DNA of 63,997 bases, counting the filler, from Malassezia furfur (lineage: Eukaryota): assembly GCA_052055015.1 (NCBI GenBank). It is 24 parts of 24 records of this genome, joined end to end, with 100 filler letters (N's around TTAATTAATTAA, not from the genome) between each part and the next. Parts side by side here need not be neighbours in the genome. Positions count along the whole stretch, not along the records: positions 1 to 2,649 come from JBQJIT010000867.1; positions 2,750 to 5,394 come from JBQJIT010000868.1; positions 5,495 to 8,138 come from JBQJIT010000869.1; positions 8,239 to 10,869 come from JBQJIT010000870.1; 20 more parts are not named here. One strand, written 5' to 3'. Below, in pieces: positions 1-10,969 of this stretch. The notes beneath the pieces were generated by a model, which worked only from the letters and a program-made list of their open reading frames with translations, had not been told where the DNA came from and searched no databases. The position numbers and the translations under genes were made by a program. Every line of letters begins with the position of its first letter. The first letter of the stretch is position 1.

Positions 1-1
1 T

Positions 2-1165
2 GCCGCTCGCCGCAACCACGCGAACGAGATTTCCGAAGAGGCGCAGGAGCGCATGGACCGTGAATATGCCCAGCCGTTTGCCGTGCAGTTCAAGCGTGTG
101 CTGCAACGCATGTTCCTGGCATACTACCGTGACCCGACGTACATTTCGTCGAAGCTGTTCCTGAACCTGTTTGGTGGCCTGTTCATCGGTTCGAGTTTCT
201 GGGGCCAGGGTGAGAAGGACTCGACCATTGCGCTGCAGAACAAGCTCTTCGCCATCTTCATGTCCCTTGTGTTGTCCACGTCGCTCTCGCAACAGCTGCA
301 GCCCGTGTTCATCGACTACCGCACGCTGTTCGAGGCGCGTGAGAAGCCCTCGAAGCTGTACAGCTGGCCGGTTCTGCTCATTTCGCTGATCATCGTCGAG
401 ATCCCGTGGAACTTCCTGGGCGGCACGCTGTTCTGGGTGCCGTGGTACTTTATGGTGCAGTTCGGCTCGGAGGGCAAGCGTGCCGGATACAGCTGGGGTC
501 TGTACATGCTGTTCCAAGTGTACTTTGCGACATTTGCGCAGGCCATTGCTGCCATCTCGCCCAACTCGCTGGTCGCCTCGATTCTGTTCTCGACGTTCTT
601 CTCGTTCGTGATTGTGTTCTGTGGTGTGGTGCAGCCGCCCACCCAGCTGCCCTACTTCTGGCGCAAGTGGATGTACCCCCTGTCTCCCTTCACGTACATT
701 GTCGAGGGGCAGATGGGCAACGCCATTCACGACAAGCCGGTGCGCTGCACGGACCGCGAGATGAACACCATCATCCCCCCTGAGGGCCAGACGTGTGACT
801 CGTACCTCCAGCCGTTCTCGTACCCGCTGAGCGTGACGCCGCCGTCGGACCACGAGAGCGTTGGCTACTACGTGACCTACCCTGACAACACGTGCGGGTT
901 CTGCTCGATGCGTCGCGGCGAGGACTACTTGACGAGCATCGAAATGCACTCGCGCTACCGCTTCCGCGACCTGGGCATTCTGTGTGCCTACATTGGCTTC
1001 AACCTGATGCTTGCCTTCGCGCTGTACTACCTGTTCCGCGAACACCGCTGGAAGAAGGCGGCCGTGAAGCCGGCGACCAAGAAAGGCAAGAAGGGCAAGA
1101 AGGGCAAGGGCGAAGTGCAGGAGGAGGAGGCGCAGGAGGCGCAGGGTGTTGTGGAGAATGTGTAA
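2..1165 (+). CDS. PDR-type (ABCG) multidrug ABC transporter, C-terminal TMD2 (5'-partial)
   Basis: YYRDPTYI..KLFLNL, LQNKLFAIFM, FEARE.PSKLYSW, FCGVVQP..LPYFW..WMY.LSPFTY and Cys-rich C-terminal loop typical of Snq2/Pdr5-family TMD2; frame open from window start, stop TAA 1163-1165. Confidence 0.93.
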   Translation, partial: AARRNHANEISEEAQERMDREYAQPFAVQFKRVLQRMFLAYYRDPTYISSKLFLNLFGGLFIGSSFWGQGEKDSTIALQNKLFAIFMSLVLSTSLSQQLQPVFIDYRTLFEAREKPSKLYSWPVLLISLIIVEIPWNFLGGTLFWVPWYFMVQFGSEGKRAGYSWGLYMLFQVYFATFAQAIAAISPNSLVASILFSTFFSFVIVFCGVVQPPTQLPYFWRKWMYPLSPFTYIVEGQMGNAIHDKPVRCTDREMNTIIPPEGQTCDSYLQPFSYPLSVTPPSDHESVGYYVTYPDNTCGFCSMRRGEDYLTSIEMHSRYRFRDLGILCAYIGFNLMLAFALYYLFREHRWKKAAVKPATKKGKKGKKGKGEVQEEEAQEAQGVVENV

Positions 1166-1757
1166 AGTGTGTACCATTTGTTGTCTGCATACGCGCAGCT
1201 CATTTTATAATATTCAGCATTAGCATTGGTTATCAATTTCATTGTGGCACATGCAGCACGTCCAAGCTCAGAGGGTATGACGAGGTATTCTCCCGCTTCG
1301 AATCAGGGCCGAGGACCACCGACGATGCCTGTTGAGATCTATACATGCAGCCGACCCGAAATGGCCTGCGGGGGTTCACACGAAGAGCTTCCACTGTTCA
1401 ACACTCCCTAAGTTGCGCTCATTAGTTTCTCATCGTGTGCAGAGACCAAGGCACAAATGTATTCTGCTCACATATACAGGCTGAGCTCGATTAGATAGCC
1501 TGGTGGCAAACCTTTGCCACACCGCTCATGCAGAATTCTCTCCCTGTCGCACTCGCGCACGGAATATGCCTCTTCTTTTGGGCAGGTATACATCGAGCAT
1601 GCACGATGGTTTCTATTTTTGTAAGCCTATTCGCTTATCGAGTTCAGATGCGCGAGATTATTTATTCTTCTTGCATTAGGGCCAAAATTTTTGGCTGGAG
1701 GACATTGACCTCTCATGTTTAAATACTGGACATGGCTTGGCGTTCGGTTTCTTGGCG

Positions 1758-2649
1758 ATGTCCTTGGACACTGCATTAGCGAATCCTCCGCTGGCTGATG
1801 CGCCACGCGGGGGAAATCTTCGTTTACCTGAACACGAATTAGCGCCTGTGATTCCAGGCGCCGATCATCTACAGACTACGGCCATACCTGGGGTCCACAC
1901 TCCACAGGATGGCGAATCAACGACAGACGATCGTATGTCTAACGGGAAGATCACTTCCGATGAGGTACAGAACGAGGCAGAGATCGATACATCTCCACCA
2001 TCTATACCAAGATTGACTGGCCGTTCCGTCAACATACTCGATCCTAAAGGCGCGCATGCATTGTCAGAGCGTCTCGACCGTGAACACAAGGACATGCAAC
2101 AGCTCGAAGCCGAAGCTGGTGATGTCGAGAAACAGTCATGGGTTGATGGCACTGCAAATCCTTTCGAAACGGAGAAGAAGTTTTTACTCGAGAAATACCT
2201 GCGTGGGCAAATTACCGAGTTGCAGGATCGCGAGAAAATTGAGCGCGATATGGGTTTAGCATTCCGTAACCTGAACGTGACAGGGAACGGTACGGGTGCC
2301 AAGTTCAATATGACAGTTGGCTCTTTGCTTACGGCGCCTATTCGAATGCTTTTAGAGTTCCGAGGGATCTTTAAGACACATGTGCGTCACATTTTGCACG
2401 ATGTGACAGGCTGTGTGAGGCCTGGAGAAATGCTCTTAGTCCTTGGTCGCCCCGGCAGCGGCAGCACGACGCTGCTCAAAGCGCTGTGCTCTTACCGCGA
2501 CGGTTACCGCAGCGTTGAAGGAGATATCCTTTACGAAGGCTTCGACCACAAGGTGATCCAAGGCCCGCTGCGTGGTGAAGTGGTATATGCGCCAGAGGAC
2601 GATGTGCACTTTGCCACGCTCTCGGTGAAGAACACGCTCGACTTTGCTG
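1758..2649 (+). CDS. second PDR-type ABC transporter, N-terminus and start of NBD1 (3'-partial)
   Basis: GLAFRNLNV.G, ILHDVTGCVRPGEMLLVLGRPGSGSTTLLK (Walker A), EDDVHFATLSVKNTLDFA; first ATG 1758. Confidence 0.92.
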
Positions 2650-2749
2650 NNNNNNNNNNNNNNNNNNNNNNNNNNNNNNNNNNNNNNNNNNNNTTAATTA
2701 ATTAANNNNNNNNNNNNNNNNNNNNNNNNNNNNNNNNNNNNNNNNNNNN
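2650..2749. other. artificial contig spacer N44-TTAATTAATTAA-N44 (first of 23; others start 5395, 8139, 10870, 13592, 16309, 19026, 21742, 24450, 27151, 29851, 32550, 35246, 37938, 40614, 43290, 45962, 48633, 51302, 53970, 56630, 59282, 61933)
   Basis: identical 100-nt block with stops in all six frames; flanking genes are truncated at it. Confidence 0.99.
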
Positions 2750-2750
2750 C

Positions 2751-2868
2751 CGCCGAGACGACCGCCGCGACGACGGCACCCGCGACGACGGCCCCCGCCG
2801 AGACGGCCCCCGCCAAGGCGCCCACGCCCGCGAAGCCGAACGCAACCCCCGACGCCACCGACAGCTAG
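2751..2868 (+). CDS. low-complexity Ala/Thr/Pro C-terminal tail of unknown gene (5'-partial)
   Basis: AETTAATTAPATTAPAETAPAKAPTPAKPNATPDATDS* with GC3-rich codons. Confidence 0.4.
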
Positions 2869-3057
2869 CGGCCGAGCGTGGCGGAGCTCGGTGGCGTCGC
2901 AAGCACCCCACTCCTGGATCGATAATGCAAGAGTCGTGCGGGGCGTTGCCCGTGTGCACGACTGGATACCATGTACGTAGGTACAATCATGTTGGATAGC
3001 AGGCGGCAGCGCCCGCATCGGGCCTTGGGGGCCCGGTACCTACTGTACCACTATGGC

Positions 3058-3440
3058 TTAGCGCGAGCTGTTGCGGCCCGACTTGTCGTGGCCACGCATT
3101 TCTGGGTGAGTCGGTTGGTACGTACTGCCGTGCTGGAGGTGGCCGCGCTCGAGGATGAGGATCACCGCCTCGTCCTCCTTCGCGGTACCGAACACGGAGT
3201 CGAGCTGCTGCTTCGACACCTGGCCGAGGATGCCCTGGCTGCCCTGGCCCGAGTGGTAGATGTGGAAGGCTGCGTGGGTCAGTGCGGTGCAGACGTACAG
3301 TCGACGACATCCGCGAGCGGGATGGTGCGGTTGCCCGAGCGCCACGACTGGTACGAGTCGGGGTTGACGATGACGATGAACTCGTCCGTGGACTGCGAGT
3401 CCGGCTTGTACACGACTTCCGAAAGACCGTTGTTGCCCAT
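3058..3440 (-). CDS. RTC3: SBDS N-terminal (FYSH) domain small protein, Rtc3-like; intron 3270-3298
   Basis: spliced MGNNGLSEVVYKPDSQSTDEFIVIVN...TIPLADVVDSFHIYHSGQGSQGILGQVSKQQLDSVFGT; 29-nt GTACGT..CTGAC..CAG intron restores frame. Confidence 0.75.
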
Positions 3441-3532
3441 GATGAAGAACGAAGCGACGCCCTGTGCCCGCGGCCCCAGGGCTTTATACGCGCGCGGACC
3501 ACCTGCGGCGCTGGCACCGCGGCCAGGCCCAA

Positions 3533-3540
3533 TGACGTCA
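3533..3540. promoter_or_regulatory. CRE/ATF-like palindrome TGACGTCA in the RTC3/PRP46 divergent promoter
   Basis: perfect 8-mer in the 161-nt intergenic region; function inferred. Confidence 0.35.
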
Positions 3541-3601
3541 CGAGACCCTTGGGTGCTGAGTCAGCCTTCGTCGGCGGCGCGCGCTGCGGCTCCCAAGCGC
3601 C

Positions 3602-5038
3602 ATGGACGCCGCGCCGTCGCCGAGGGTGGACAGCGGCCTGCGTGCGCTGGCGGAGCGATCCGCGAAACGCACGCGTCTTTTGTATGCACATACTTCTGCG
3701 CCGCCGAGCACGGCGTCGCCCGCGCACGAGGCCGGCGCGCGCGCGCATCTCGCGACGATGCTCGCCGCCGAGTATGCCGAGGCGCATACGCTGCCCGACG
3801 TGATCCGTAGCCAGCAGGGGGCTGCTGCGCCTGCGCCTGCGCCGAGCAAGGCGCGGGGTGTCGGCAGCGAGAACGCCGAGCTGCTGACGCAGCTCGAGCG
3901 TGAGCGCGGCGTTGCGCCGTCGTCGAGCCGCGACGCCCAGCAAGGTGCGGTTGCGCTGCGCACGACGTACGCGTCGAAGCCCGCGTCTGCGTCGCAGCTC
4001 AAGACGGCGCTGGTGCGCACCGAGGACGCGAGCCGCGCGGCGGAGGCGGGCAGCAGCCAGTCGATGCTGAACCGCGCGCTGCAGCGCAAGAAGGAGCTGG
4101 CGGCGCGCGAGGCGCAGCCGGTGCACCACCCGCCGTGGAAGCTGATGCGGGTCATCTCTGGGCATTTGGGGTGGGTGCGGTGCGTTGCCGTGGAGCCGAA
4201 CAACCAGTGGTTTGCGACGGGAGCGGGCGACCGCATGATCAAGATCTGGGACATGGCGAGCGGCGAGCTGAAGCTGTCGCTCACCGGGCACATCTCGACG
4301 GTGCGTGGCCTGGCGATCAGTGCGCGCCACCCGTACCTCTTTTCGGCGGGCGAGGACAAGCTGGTGAAATGCTGGGACTTGGAGACGAACAAGGTGGTGC
4401 GGCAGTACTACGGCAGTCTGTCGGGCATCTACTCGCTGGCGCTGCACCCCACACTCGACGTGCTGGTCTCGGCGGGGCGCGACGCGGTGGCGCGCGTGTG
4501 GGACATGCGCACCAAGGCGCAGATCCACGTGCTCGGCGGGCACCGCGGCACGATCGCCGCGGTGCAGTGCCAGGAGAGCGAGCCGCAGGTGGTGACGGGC
4601 AGCATGGACGCCACCGTGAAGCTGTGGGACCTTGCGGCGGGCAAGTGCTACACCACGCTGACGCACCACAAGAAGTCGGTGCGTGCGCTGGCGGTGCCCC
4701 CGAACAAGTACACCTTCTACTCGGGCTCCGCCGGGGGCCGCAACGTGAAGAAGTGGCGGTGCCCCGAGGGGACGCTGCTGCGCAACATGACGCACGACGG
4801 CATTGTCAACACGCTCTCCGTCAACGCGGACGGCGTCGTGTTCAGCGGCACGGACGCGGGCTCGATGCGCTTCTTCGACGGGGAGACCGGCGTGCCGTTC
4901 GAGACGCTCGAGGACGTGGTGCAGCCCGGCTCGCTGGACGCCGAGGCGGGCCTGTTCTGCTCCGCGTTCGACCAGACGGGCACGCGCCTGCTCACGGGCG
5001 GCGCGGACAAGACGATCAAGGTGTACCGGCAGGTGTAG
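3602..5038 (+). CDS. PRP46: WD40 splicing factor Prp46/PLRG1
   Basis: [42 protein letters not shown]...[10 protein letters not shown]...ADKTIKVY. Confidence 0.95.
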   Translation: MDAAPSPRVDSGLRALAERSAKRTRLLYAHTSAPPSTASPAHEAGARAHLATMLAAEYAEAHTLPDVIRSQQGAAAPAPAPSKARGVGSENAELLTQLERERGVAPSSSRDAQQGAVALRTTYASKPASASQLKTALVRTEDASRAAEAGSSQSMLNRALQRKKELAAREAQPVHHPPWKLMRVISGHLGWVRCVAVEPNNQWFATGAGDRMIKIWDMASGELKLSLTGHISTVRGLAISARHPYLFSAGEDKLVKCWDLETNKVVRQYYGSLSGIYSLALHPTLDVLVSAGRDAVARVWDMRTKAQIHVLGGHRGTIAAVQCQESEPQVVTGSMDATVKLWDLAAGKCYTTLTHHKKSVRALAVPPNKYTFYSGSAGGRNVKKWRCPEGTLLRNMTHDGIVNTLSVNADGVVFSGTDAGSMRFFDGETGVPFETLEDVVQPGSLDAEAGLFCSAFDQTGTRLLTGGADKTIKVYRQV

Positions 5039-5046
5039 GAAGCGCG

Positions 5047-5394
5047 CTATGGGTGGAGGTCGTGGGCCGTGTGGCGCAGCGCGCGCGTCAGCCGCTCGAT
5101 CTCGAACGCGGCGTGCTGGCCGTGGTCGTAGGTAAAGCTCTCCGTGACCCCCGGGAAGGTCGTCGCGCCGTACCCCAGCCAGCGGCCGGGCGCGACGCCC
5201 AGGTGGCGGTACCACGTGCGCTCCGGCAGGCCGCGCGCGTCGAGGAAGCCGCGCTCGAAGCGCTGCAGCGCGCGGTTCACCCGGCGCACGAGGCGCATCG
5301 CGTGGCGCAGCTCGTGGCGCGGCGCGTGTGCGTCGTCGAGCAGCGCCTGCACGCGGCGCGCGAGGCGCGTCTGCGTGTGGCCGAGGCGCTCGGC
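5047..5394 (-). CDS. M28 glutamate carboxypeptidase II/Vps70-like protein, C-terminal TfR-dimerisation domain (5'-partial)
   Basis: VNRALQRFERGFLDARGLPERTWYRHLGVAPGRWLGYGATTFPGVTE. Confidence 0.85.
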   Translation of the reverse strand, partial: AERLGHTQTRLARRVQALLDDAHAPRHELRHAMRLVRRVNRALQRFERGFLDARGLPERTWYRHLGVAPGRWLGYGATTFPGVTESFTYDHGQHAAFEIERLTRALRHTAHDLHP

Positions 5395-5494
5395 NNNNNN
5401 NNNNNNNNNNNNNNNNNNNNNNNNNNNNNNNNNNNNNNTTAATTAATTAANNNNNNNNNNNNNNNNNNNNNNNNNNNNNNNNNNNNNNNNNNNN

Positions 5495-5878
5495 GGTCGA
5501 CGGCGCGGGCGCGGCGTTGGACGACGGCGCCTCGGTCGAGTTCGGCGCCGGCTCGAGTGCATGTTGCCGGAGCGCGCCGGGCGCGAGCGTGAGCTCGGTG
5601 ACCGACACGGGTGGGGCCGTGTCGCCGTACGTAGGTGGGGGTAGGGGCGCGAGCGAGCGCGCGTGCGCGTCGACGGGGAGCAGCGCACTAGGCAGGCGCT
5701 CGAGGAGCGGCGCTATCTCTGCGGCAGGGTAGCTCGTGGGGTCCTGTGCCGGCCGCGGCACACCGGCGCGGGTGCCGAGCAGCGGCGATGTCTCGTGTGC
5801 GTCGGCGTCTGCAGGCGCAGGCGCACGCCGGCCGTGGCCCAGGCAGCACGCGAACAGCGCGTGCACAAGGCCGGCCAT
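5495..5878 (-). CDS. putative LAMTOR1/Ego1(Meh1)-like membrane anchor (3'-partial)
   Basis: N-terminal Cys-Cys (ACCLG) and acidic dileucine motif ETSPLL followed by a short helix; inference only. Confidence 0.4.
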
Positions 5879-5969
5879 GGTAGGGGCGCACTGCTTACCT
5901 AACTATCGTCGGGGGGAAGAGGAGGGTGGGGATTTTGCGTTTGGATTTACAGGTGGAGGCGCCAGGCAC

Positions 5970-6290
5970 CTGGGCGGCCGGGGCCTGGGCGGCCGGGGCG
6001 GCGTAGGGCTGTGCGGCGTAGGGCTGTGCGGCGTAGGGCTGTGTGGCCGGGGCCGGTGCGGCTGCCTGTGCGGTGTGCGCGGTCATGGATAATGCGGTGT
6101 GGGCCCGTACGGTGTAGGCCTATGCAGCCAGGCCTATGCGGCATGGGCCTAAGCGGCCTATGCGGCGTGGGCCTTCCGTGGGCCTATGCGGTGTGGGCCT
6201 GTGCCGCGGGGCCCTGTGCCGCGGGGGTCTGTGCGGCGTTCTGCGCGGCGGGGGTCTGTGCGGCGTTCTGCGCGGCCTGTGCGGCAGCCA
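5970..6290. repeat. degenerate short tandem repeats at and downstream of the IME4 3' end
   Basis: GGGCTGTGCGGCGTA-type 15-mers at ~5997-6045, GGCCTATGCGG units at 6117-6191, 24-nt unit encoding AAQNAAQTP twice. Confidence 0.7.
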
Positions 6291-7357
6291 CGAGACGCGG
6301 CTCGACGACGTGGCTTCCCCGCAGCTGGTTCCCGAGCGTGAGCCAGCCGGGGCGCACATTGTGCTGCCGGCCAAACAGCTCGACCTTGCGCGCGCCGGGG
6401 CACAGGCGCTCGATCATCGTATAGAGCTCGTCGGGCTTGCGCGACGTATCGCGCACAGGCGCGACGATCACGTCGTTGCCGACGTCGCGGTGCAGCCACG
6501 TAGGGAGCGGTAGATACATGCCCGGCGGCGGCGCGTCGACGGGCGCCATGCCGCGGCGCTTGAGGCCGACAAAGCAGTGCTCCTTGGTATGGTTGAGCCA
6601 GTGCCCCGTGCGCCCCGTGCGGATGAGCCGCTGCAGCTGGTTGATCTTGACCCAGACGAGCTCGTCGATCCGCACATAGCCCCAGTGCTGCAGCAGCGCG
6701 CGGCCCAGCTCCATCGCGCGGCCCGTGACCCAGAGAAAGAGCAGCCCCTCGTCCTGAAGCTGCGGGATCGGCAGCGCGTACATCTGCTCGTCCGACAGCG
6801 TGCCGTACGGCAGCGACATGTGGATGTCCCACGGGGGGTCGGCGACAATCACGTCAAAGGTGCCGAGCTGCGCGAGGTCGAACGTGCGCAGGTCGCACGA
6901 GATCCACTGCGCCGGCAGCGGCGCGCCCGCTGCGCCGCGCGGCGTGCGCAGCCACGCATCGAGCGCGCCGGCGGCGCGTGTGCGCGCGGGTGCGCCGTGC
7001 GCCGGCTCGTCGGGTGTGCGGTCCAGCACAAAGTGCACAAACTGGGGGGTGTGAGTGGCTCGCACGCACCTTGCACGTCGCCTTGCGGTGGCACGCGTGC
7101 AGGTAGCCGCAGTGCCCCAGGGCCGGGTTCGTGTGGGCGGCGTACACGGGCCGGAAGTGCACGCGCGCACAGGGCCCTCCGTGCGCGGCGCAGGCGTCGC
7201 GCGTGATGTGCTCGCACAGCGCGTCGACGGCCGATCCGCCGCTGTGCATCTGGGTCAGGCATGCACGTACCATGCGAGCGACGAGGCGCTCCTTGGCCGT
7301 CGGCGCGCGCAGGTAGCGCGCCGCGAGCCGCGCACTCGCCCGTGCGCCGTCGTCCAT
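6184..7357 (-). CDS. IME4: mRNA m6A methyltransferase catalytic subunit (METTL3/Ime4, MT-A70); introns 7042-7069 and probably 7250-7270
   Basis: PTAKE motif, two CCCH fingers ([21 protein letters not shown]), [60 protein letters not shown]. Confidence 0.93.
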
Positions 7358-7420
7358 GGCGCCGGGGGTGGAGGCGCGTCCGAACGAAGACGCCCGCGGC
7401 GCCTTCCTCCACCTGGCGCC

Positions 7421-8138
7421 ATGGCGTCGTCCGCAGCAGCGGCGGTGACGGAGCACTGCGGCGTCGCGACGCGCGCCTTTCTCCAGAAGGAGTACGCCGC
7501 GAGCCTCGTGCACATCCAGCGCGGGATCGCGTGCGCGCTCGACGCGGCGCGCCGCGGGCAGCCGCTCGACGCGCGCGTCCTGGAGCGCCTCGGCGTGCTG
7601 CGGTACACGGCGTGCGTCACCGTGTACACCAACGCGGCGGCGCGCACGCGCGTGCTCACGGCGCTCGCCGCGGACGACGACGCATACGCACGCGCCGTGT
7701 GTGCGCTGCTCGAGGCGCCCGCCGCCGGGCTGTACACGCAGCTGTGGTGGGAATCGCTCGAGGCGCTCCTCGGCGCGCCGCCCGCGCCGCATCCTGCATC
7801 GCTCGACGCGCCCGACGAGTACGCGGCGCTCGTGCTGCGCGTGCCTGGCGCACTACTGACCTCGGCGATCCTCGGCGCGCTCCGCCTCGACACGTTTGCA
7901 CGCAGCGGCGCCACGTATGCCCGCGCGCCCGCCGACGACGCGGACGCGCCGCCTGCGGGCGGCTGCGCACGGCACACGTGCGAGGCGTACCTCGGTGCGA
8001 CGCTCGCGCCCGACGCACAGGCGGCGCCCGATGCCCAGGCGACGTATGCGCGCGTCCTACGGCTCTATACGATCCAGGTGCTTGGCCTGCACCTCCACGA
8101 CTGGACGCACGCGCGCGACGTGGTGGGGTACAGCCGCC
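7421..8138 (+). CDS. putative peroxin Pex26/Pex15-like (3'-partial)
   Basis: N-terminal ATRAFLQKEYAASL and YARVLRLYTIQVLGLHLHDWTHARDVV resemble the fungal Pex26 Y..VLELY.LHVL....W..A motif. Confidence 0.55.
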
Positions 8139-8238
8139 NNNNNNNNNNNNNNNNNNNNNNNNNNNNNNNNNNNNNNNNNNNNTTAATTAATTAANNNNNN
8201 NNNNNNNNNNNNNNNNNNNNNNNNNNNNNNNNNNNNNN

Positions 8239-8344
8239 GGCGCCCGCCGCGGCGCCGGCGCCCGCCGCGGCCCCCGCACCGGCGCAAGATACCACCAAGG
8301 CGCCCGGCAAGAGCAAGAACAAGAAAAAGGGCAAGAAGAAGTAG
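8239..8344 (+). CDS. C-terminal tail of unknown gene ending GKSKNKKKGKKK (5'-partial)
   Basis: open frame to TAG 8342-8344. Confidence 0.45.
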
Positions 8345-8345
8345 T

Positions 8346-9231
8346 CTACAGCACGCCGGCGCCCTCGAGGATGCCGTGCAAGAGATGTTTACGGTCGAGC
8401 TCGTCGAGTGCATCGCTGCCGCCCTGGGTGAGTGCACAGAGACGTACGAGGAGGTGCGCGCCCTCGAGCACCTTGGGGTACGTGCGGTGCCCCGTGAGGT
8501 CCCAGAGCAGCTGCGCAAAGAAGGCGGTCTCGGCTGTGTGAGGTGCAGCGACGTACGGTGCAGATCGACCTCGTACTTGTCGTAGTGCGCGTGGTATGAG
8601 TCGAGCAGCGCCTTGGCGCGGCGCGAGTAGGGGCAGTACGACTTGGAGAACACGGCGAGCGGCGTGCGCTGGCGGTGCTGCTCCGCCCAGTGCGCGGGGT
8701 GCTCGAGGAACTGCGTGAGTGCGAGGGGCCACGTACGAGGCGCACGTCGTCTGTGCCGTTGCCGGCGCGCTTGAGCTCCGTGAGGAACTGCACGTGGGCG
8801 TTGCGCGGGCGCTGCGTCTCGTCGGCGACCCACGGCGCCCACTGCGGCCACGGCGAGGCGGCGAACGTAAATGCGGGGTCCTGGAGCTGGCCGAGCAGCA
8901 GGAGCGTGAGGTGCTCGCGCGTGGGGTACGGCTTGCCCGCGTGCCCCGCGTCGGCGAGCACGTCGGTCACCACGACGTCGCGGCCGGGCACGGCGCCCGG
9001 CACGGTGCGCAGGAGGGCGTCGATGTCTGCGTCGCCGGCCGGGCGGCGGTACGGGTGCCAGCGGGACGCCGGCGCGGCCGCGTGCAGGTACAGAAGTGCG
9101 CACGCGATGAGCGTGATGCACGCGACGAGCGTGCGGCGGCGGCGGAACCACTGCAGCGGGACGTAGGTGTGCGTGCGCGGCGCCTTGGCCTGCGCCGGCG
9201 GCACGCCGAGCTCGAGGCGCGTCTCGGGCAT
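8346..9231 (-). CDS. membrane-anchored monothiol glutaredoxin (Grx6/7-like); introns 8711-8736, 8534-8556, 8424-8447
   Basis: N-terminal TM ([15 protein letters not shown]); spliced [31 protein letters not shown]. Confidence 0.85.
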
Positions 9232-9255
9232 GGTGCGTTCGGCCGAGCGAGGGCG

Positions 9256-9275
9256 GCCCAAAAAAATTTTTGGGC
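9256..9275. promoter_or_regulatory. RRPE-like near-palindrome GCCCAAAAAAATTTTTGGGC upstream of RLP24
   Basis: AAAAATTTT core ~30 nt upstream of a ribosome-biogenesis gene in a GC-rich context. Confidence 0.45.
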
Positions 9276-9302
9276 GCCCTGCGTCGCCGCCGCGCCACAA
9301 CC

Positions 9303-9836
9303 ATGAGGGTGGAGCACTGCTTCTTCTGCTCGGCGCCGTCGTACCCCGGGCGGGGCATTACGTTCGTGCGCAACGATGCAAAGGTGTTCCGCTTCTGCAA
9401 GAGCAAGTGCCACAAGAACTTCAAGATGAAGCGCAACCCGCGCAAGGTGCGCTGGACGAAGGCGTTCCGCAAGGCGCACGGCAAGGAGATGACCGTCGAC
9501 GCAACGCTCGAGTTCGAGAAGCGCCGCAATGTGCCGGTGCGCTACGACCGCGAGCTCGTGCAGAACACGCTGAGCGCGATGCAGCGCATCCAGGAGATCA
9601 AGGCGCGCCGCGAGCGCGCCTTCTACCGTGCACGCATGGCCAAGGCCGCGGGCGGCAGCGTCAAGGCGCAGGCCAAGGCGGGCGATCGCCTCGCGGTGCA
9701 CCGCAACGCGCACCTGCGCCGCGCCGTGCAGGCGACGCGCGACGCGGACGCCGAGCGCGCGCGCGTCAAGGTGCGGGCGCGCAAGAGTGCGCTGGTGCCC
9801 ACCGACGACGGCCAGGCGATGGGCCTCGACGAGTAA
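9303..9836 (+). CDS. RLP24: ribosome biogenesis protein Rlp24
   Basis: [57 protein letters not shown]. Confidence 0.96.
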   Translation: MRVEHCFFCSAPSYPGRGITFVRNDAKVFRFCKSKCHKNFKMKRNPRKVRWTKAFRKAHGKEMTVDATLEFEKRRNVPVRYDRELVQNTLSAMQRIQEIKARRERAFYRARMAKAAGGSVKAQAKAGDRLAVHRNAHLRRAVQATRDADAERARVKVRARKSALVPTDDGQAMGLDE

Positions 9837-9871
9837 GGGTTCGCACGATGTACAATAGCTCCTCTCTCTTT

Positions 9872-10869
9872 CTATAGCTGGCCCCACAACTTGAACGTGC
9901 GTGCCCACTCGCCGCTCGCGAGGTAGCGCCCGTCGGAGCTGATGTCGACGCTCATGACCTTCCCGGCGTCGCCCGCAAGCGTCGCGAGCAGCTGCCAGTC
10001 GTCGGCACTCCACAGCTTCACCAGCCCGTCGTACCCGGCGGTCGCGAGGTACATGCCCGAGCGGCGCACCGGCGCGTCGTCGCCCGCCGCCCACGTGCGC
10101 TCCGCGCCGTCGAAGAAGAAGCGCACGTCGGCCACCGACGAGCGGTGCGCGGGGATGGTATACAGGCTGCGCAGCTGCCGCAGGTCCCAGATCCGCACCG
10201 TGTCGTCGCCCGACGCGGTCGCCACCTGGTACGCGTTCGGCGCGAACGCCACCGACAAAATCTCGCGCGCGTGCCCATCGAGCACCATCGCCGAGCGCCC
10301 CGTGCGGCAGTCCCACACGCGCCCGATCGCATCCAGGCCGCCGGACGCGACGAGCGCGCCGTCGCTCTGGAAGTCGACCGCGTACACCTCCTTGCTGTGC
10401 CCCTCCTGCAGCAGGAGCTCGGTGCCGTGCTCGACGTCCCACAGGCGCCACGTCCCGTCGAACGATGCGCTCGCTACGTACGCGCCGAGCGGGTGGAACG
10501 CGATGCGCCCGATGCGCGCCTCGTGTCCGTGCAGCCGGCGCAGCGGCCGCTCGCTGTCGAGCGACCACAGGCACACGGTGTGGTCGCCGCCGCCCGTCGC
10601 GAGGTTGAGCGCCGCGCGCGACTGCGACAGCGTCGCCTGCGGATGCCACGCGACGCCGCTCACGCGGTCCTCGTGCGCCGCGTACGTCTGCCGCGGCGTC
10701 GCGCTCGGCACGTCCCACAGCGCGGCCTGCCCGGACCAGCTGCCGGTCGCCAACAGCGACGCATCCGGCGAGAAGCGCACCATGGAAATGGGGCGCGTCC
10801 CGCCGACCTGCGACCCGAGGCTCGAGTAGGTGCGCAGCGGCGCGAGCACCGCGCGGCGCACGGCCGCGA
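9872..10869 (-). CDS. PRP4: U4/U6 snRNP WD40 protein Prp4 (5'-partial)
   Basis: GSQVGGTRPIS, ELLLQEGHSKEVY, SGGLDAIGRVWDCRTGR. Confidence 0.93.
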
Positions 10870-10969
10870 NNNNNNNNNNNNNNNNNNNNNNNNNNNNNNN
10901 NNNNNNNNNNNNNTTAATTAATTAANNNNNNNNNNNNNNNNNNNNNNNNNNNNNNNNNNNNNNNNNNNN

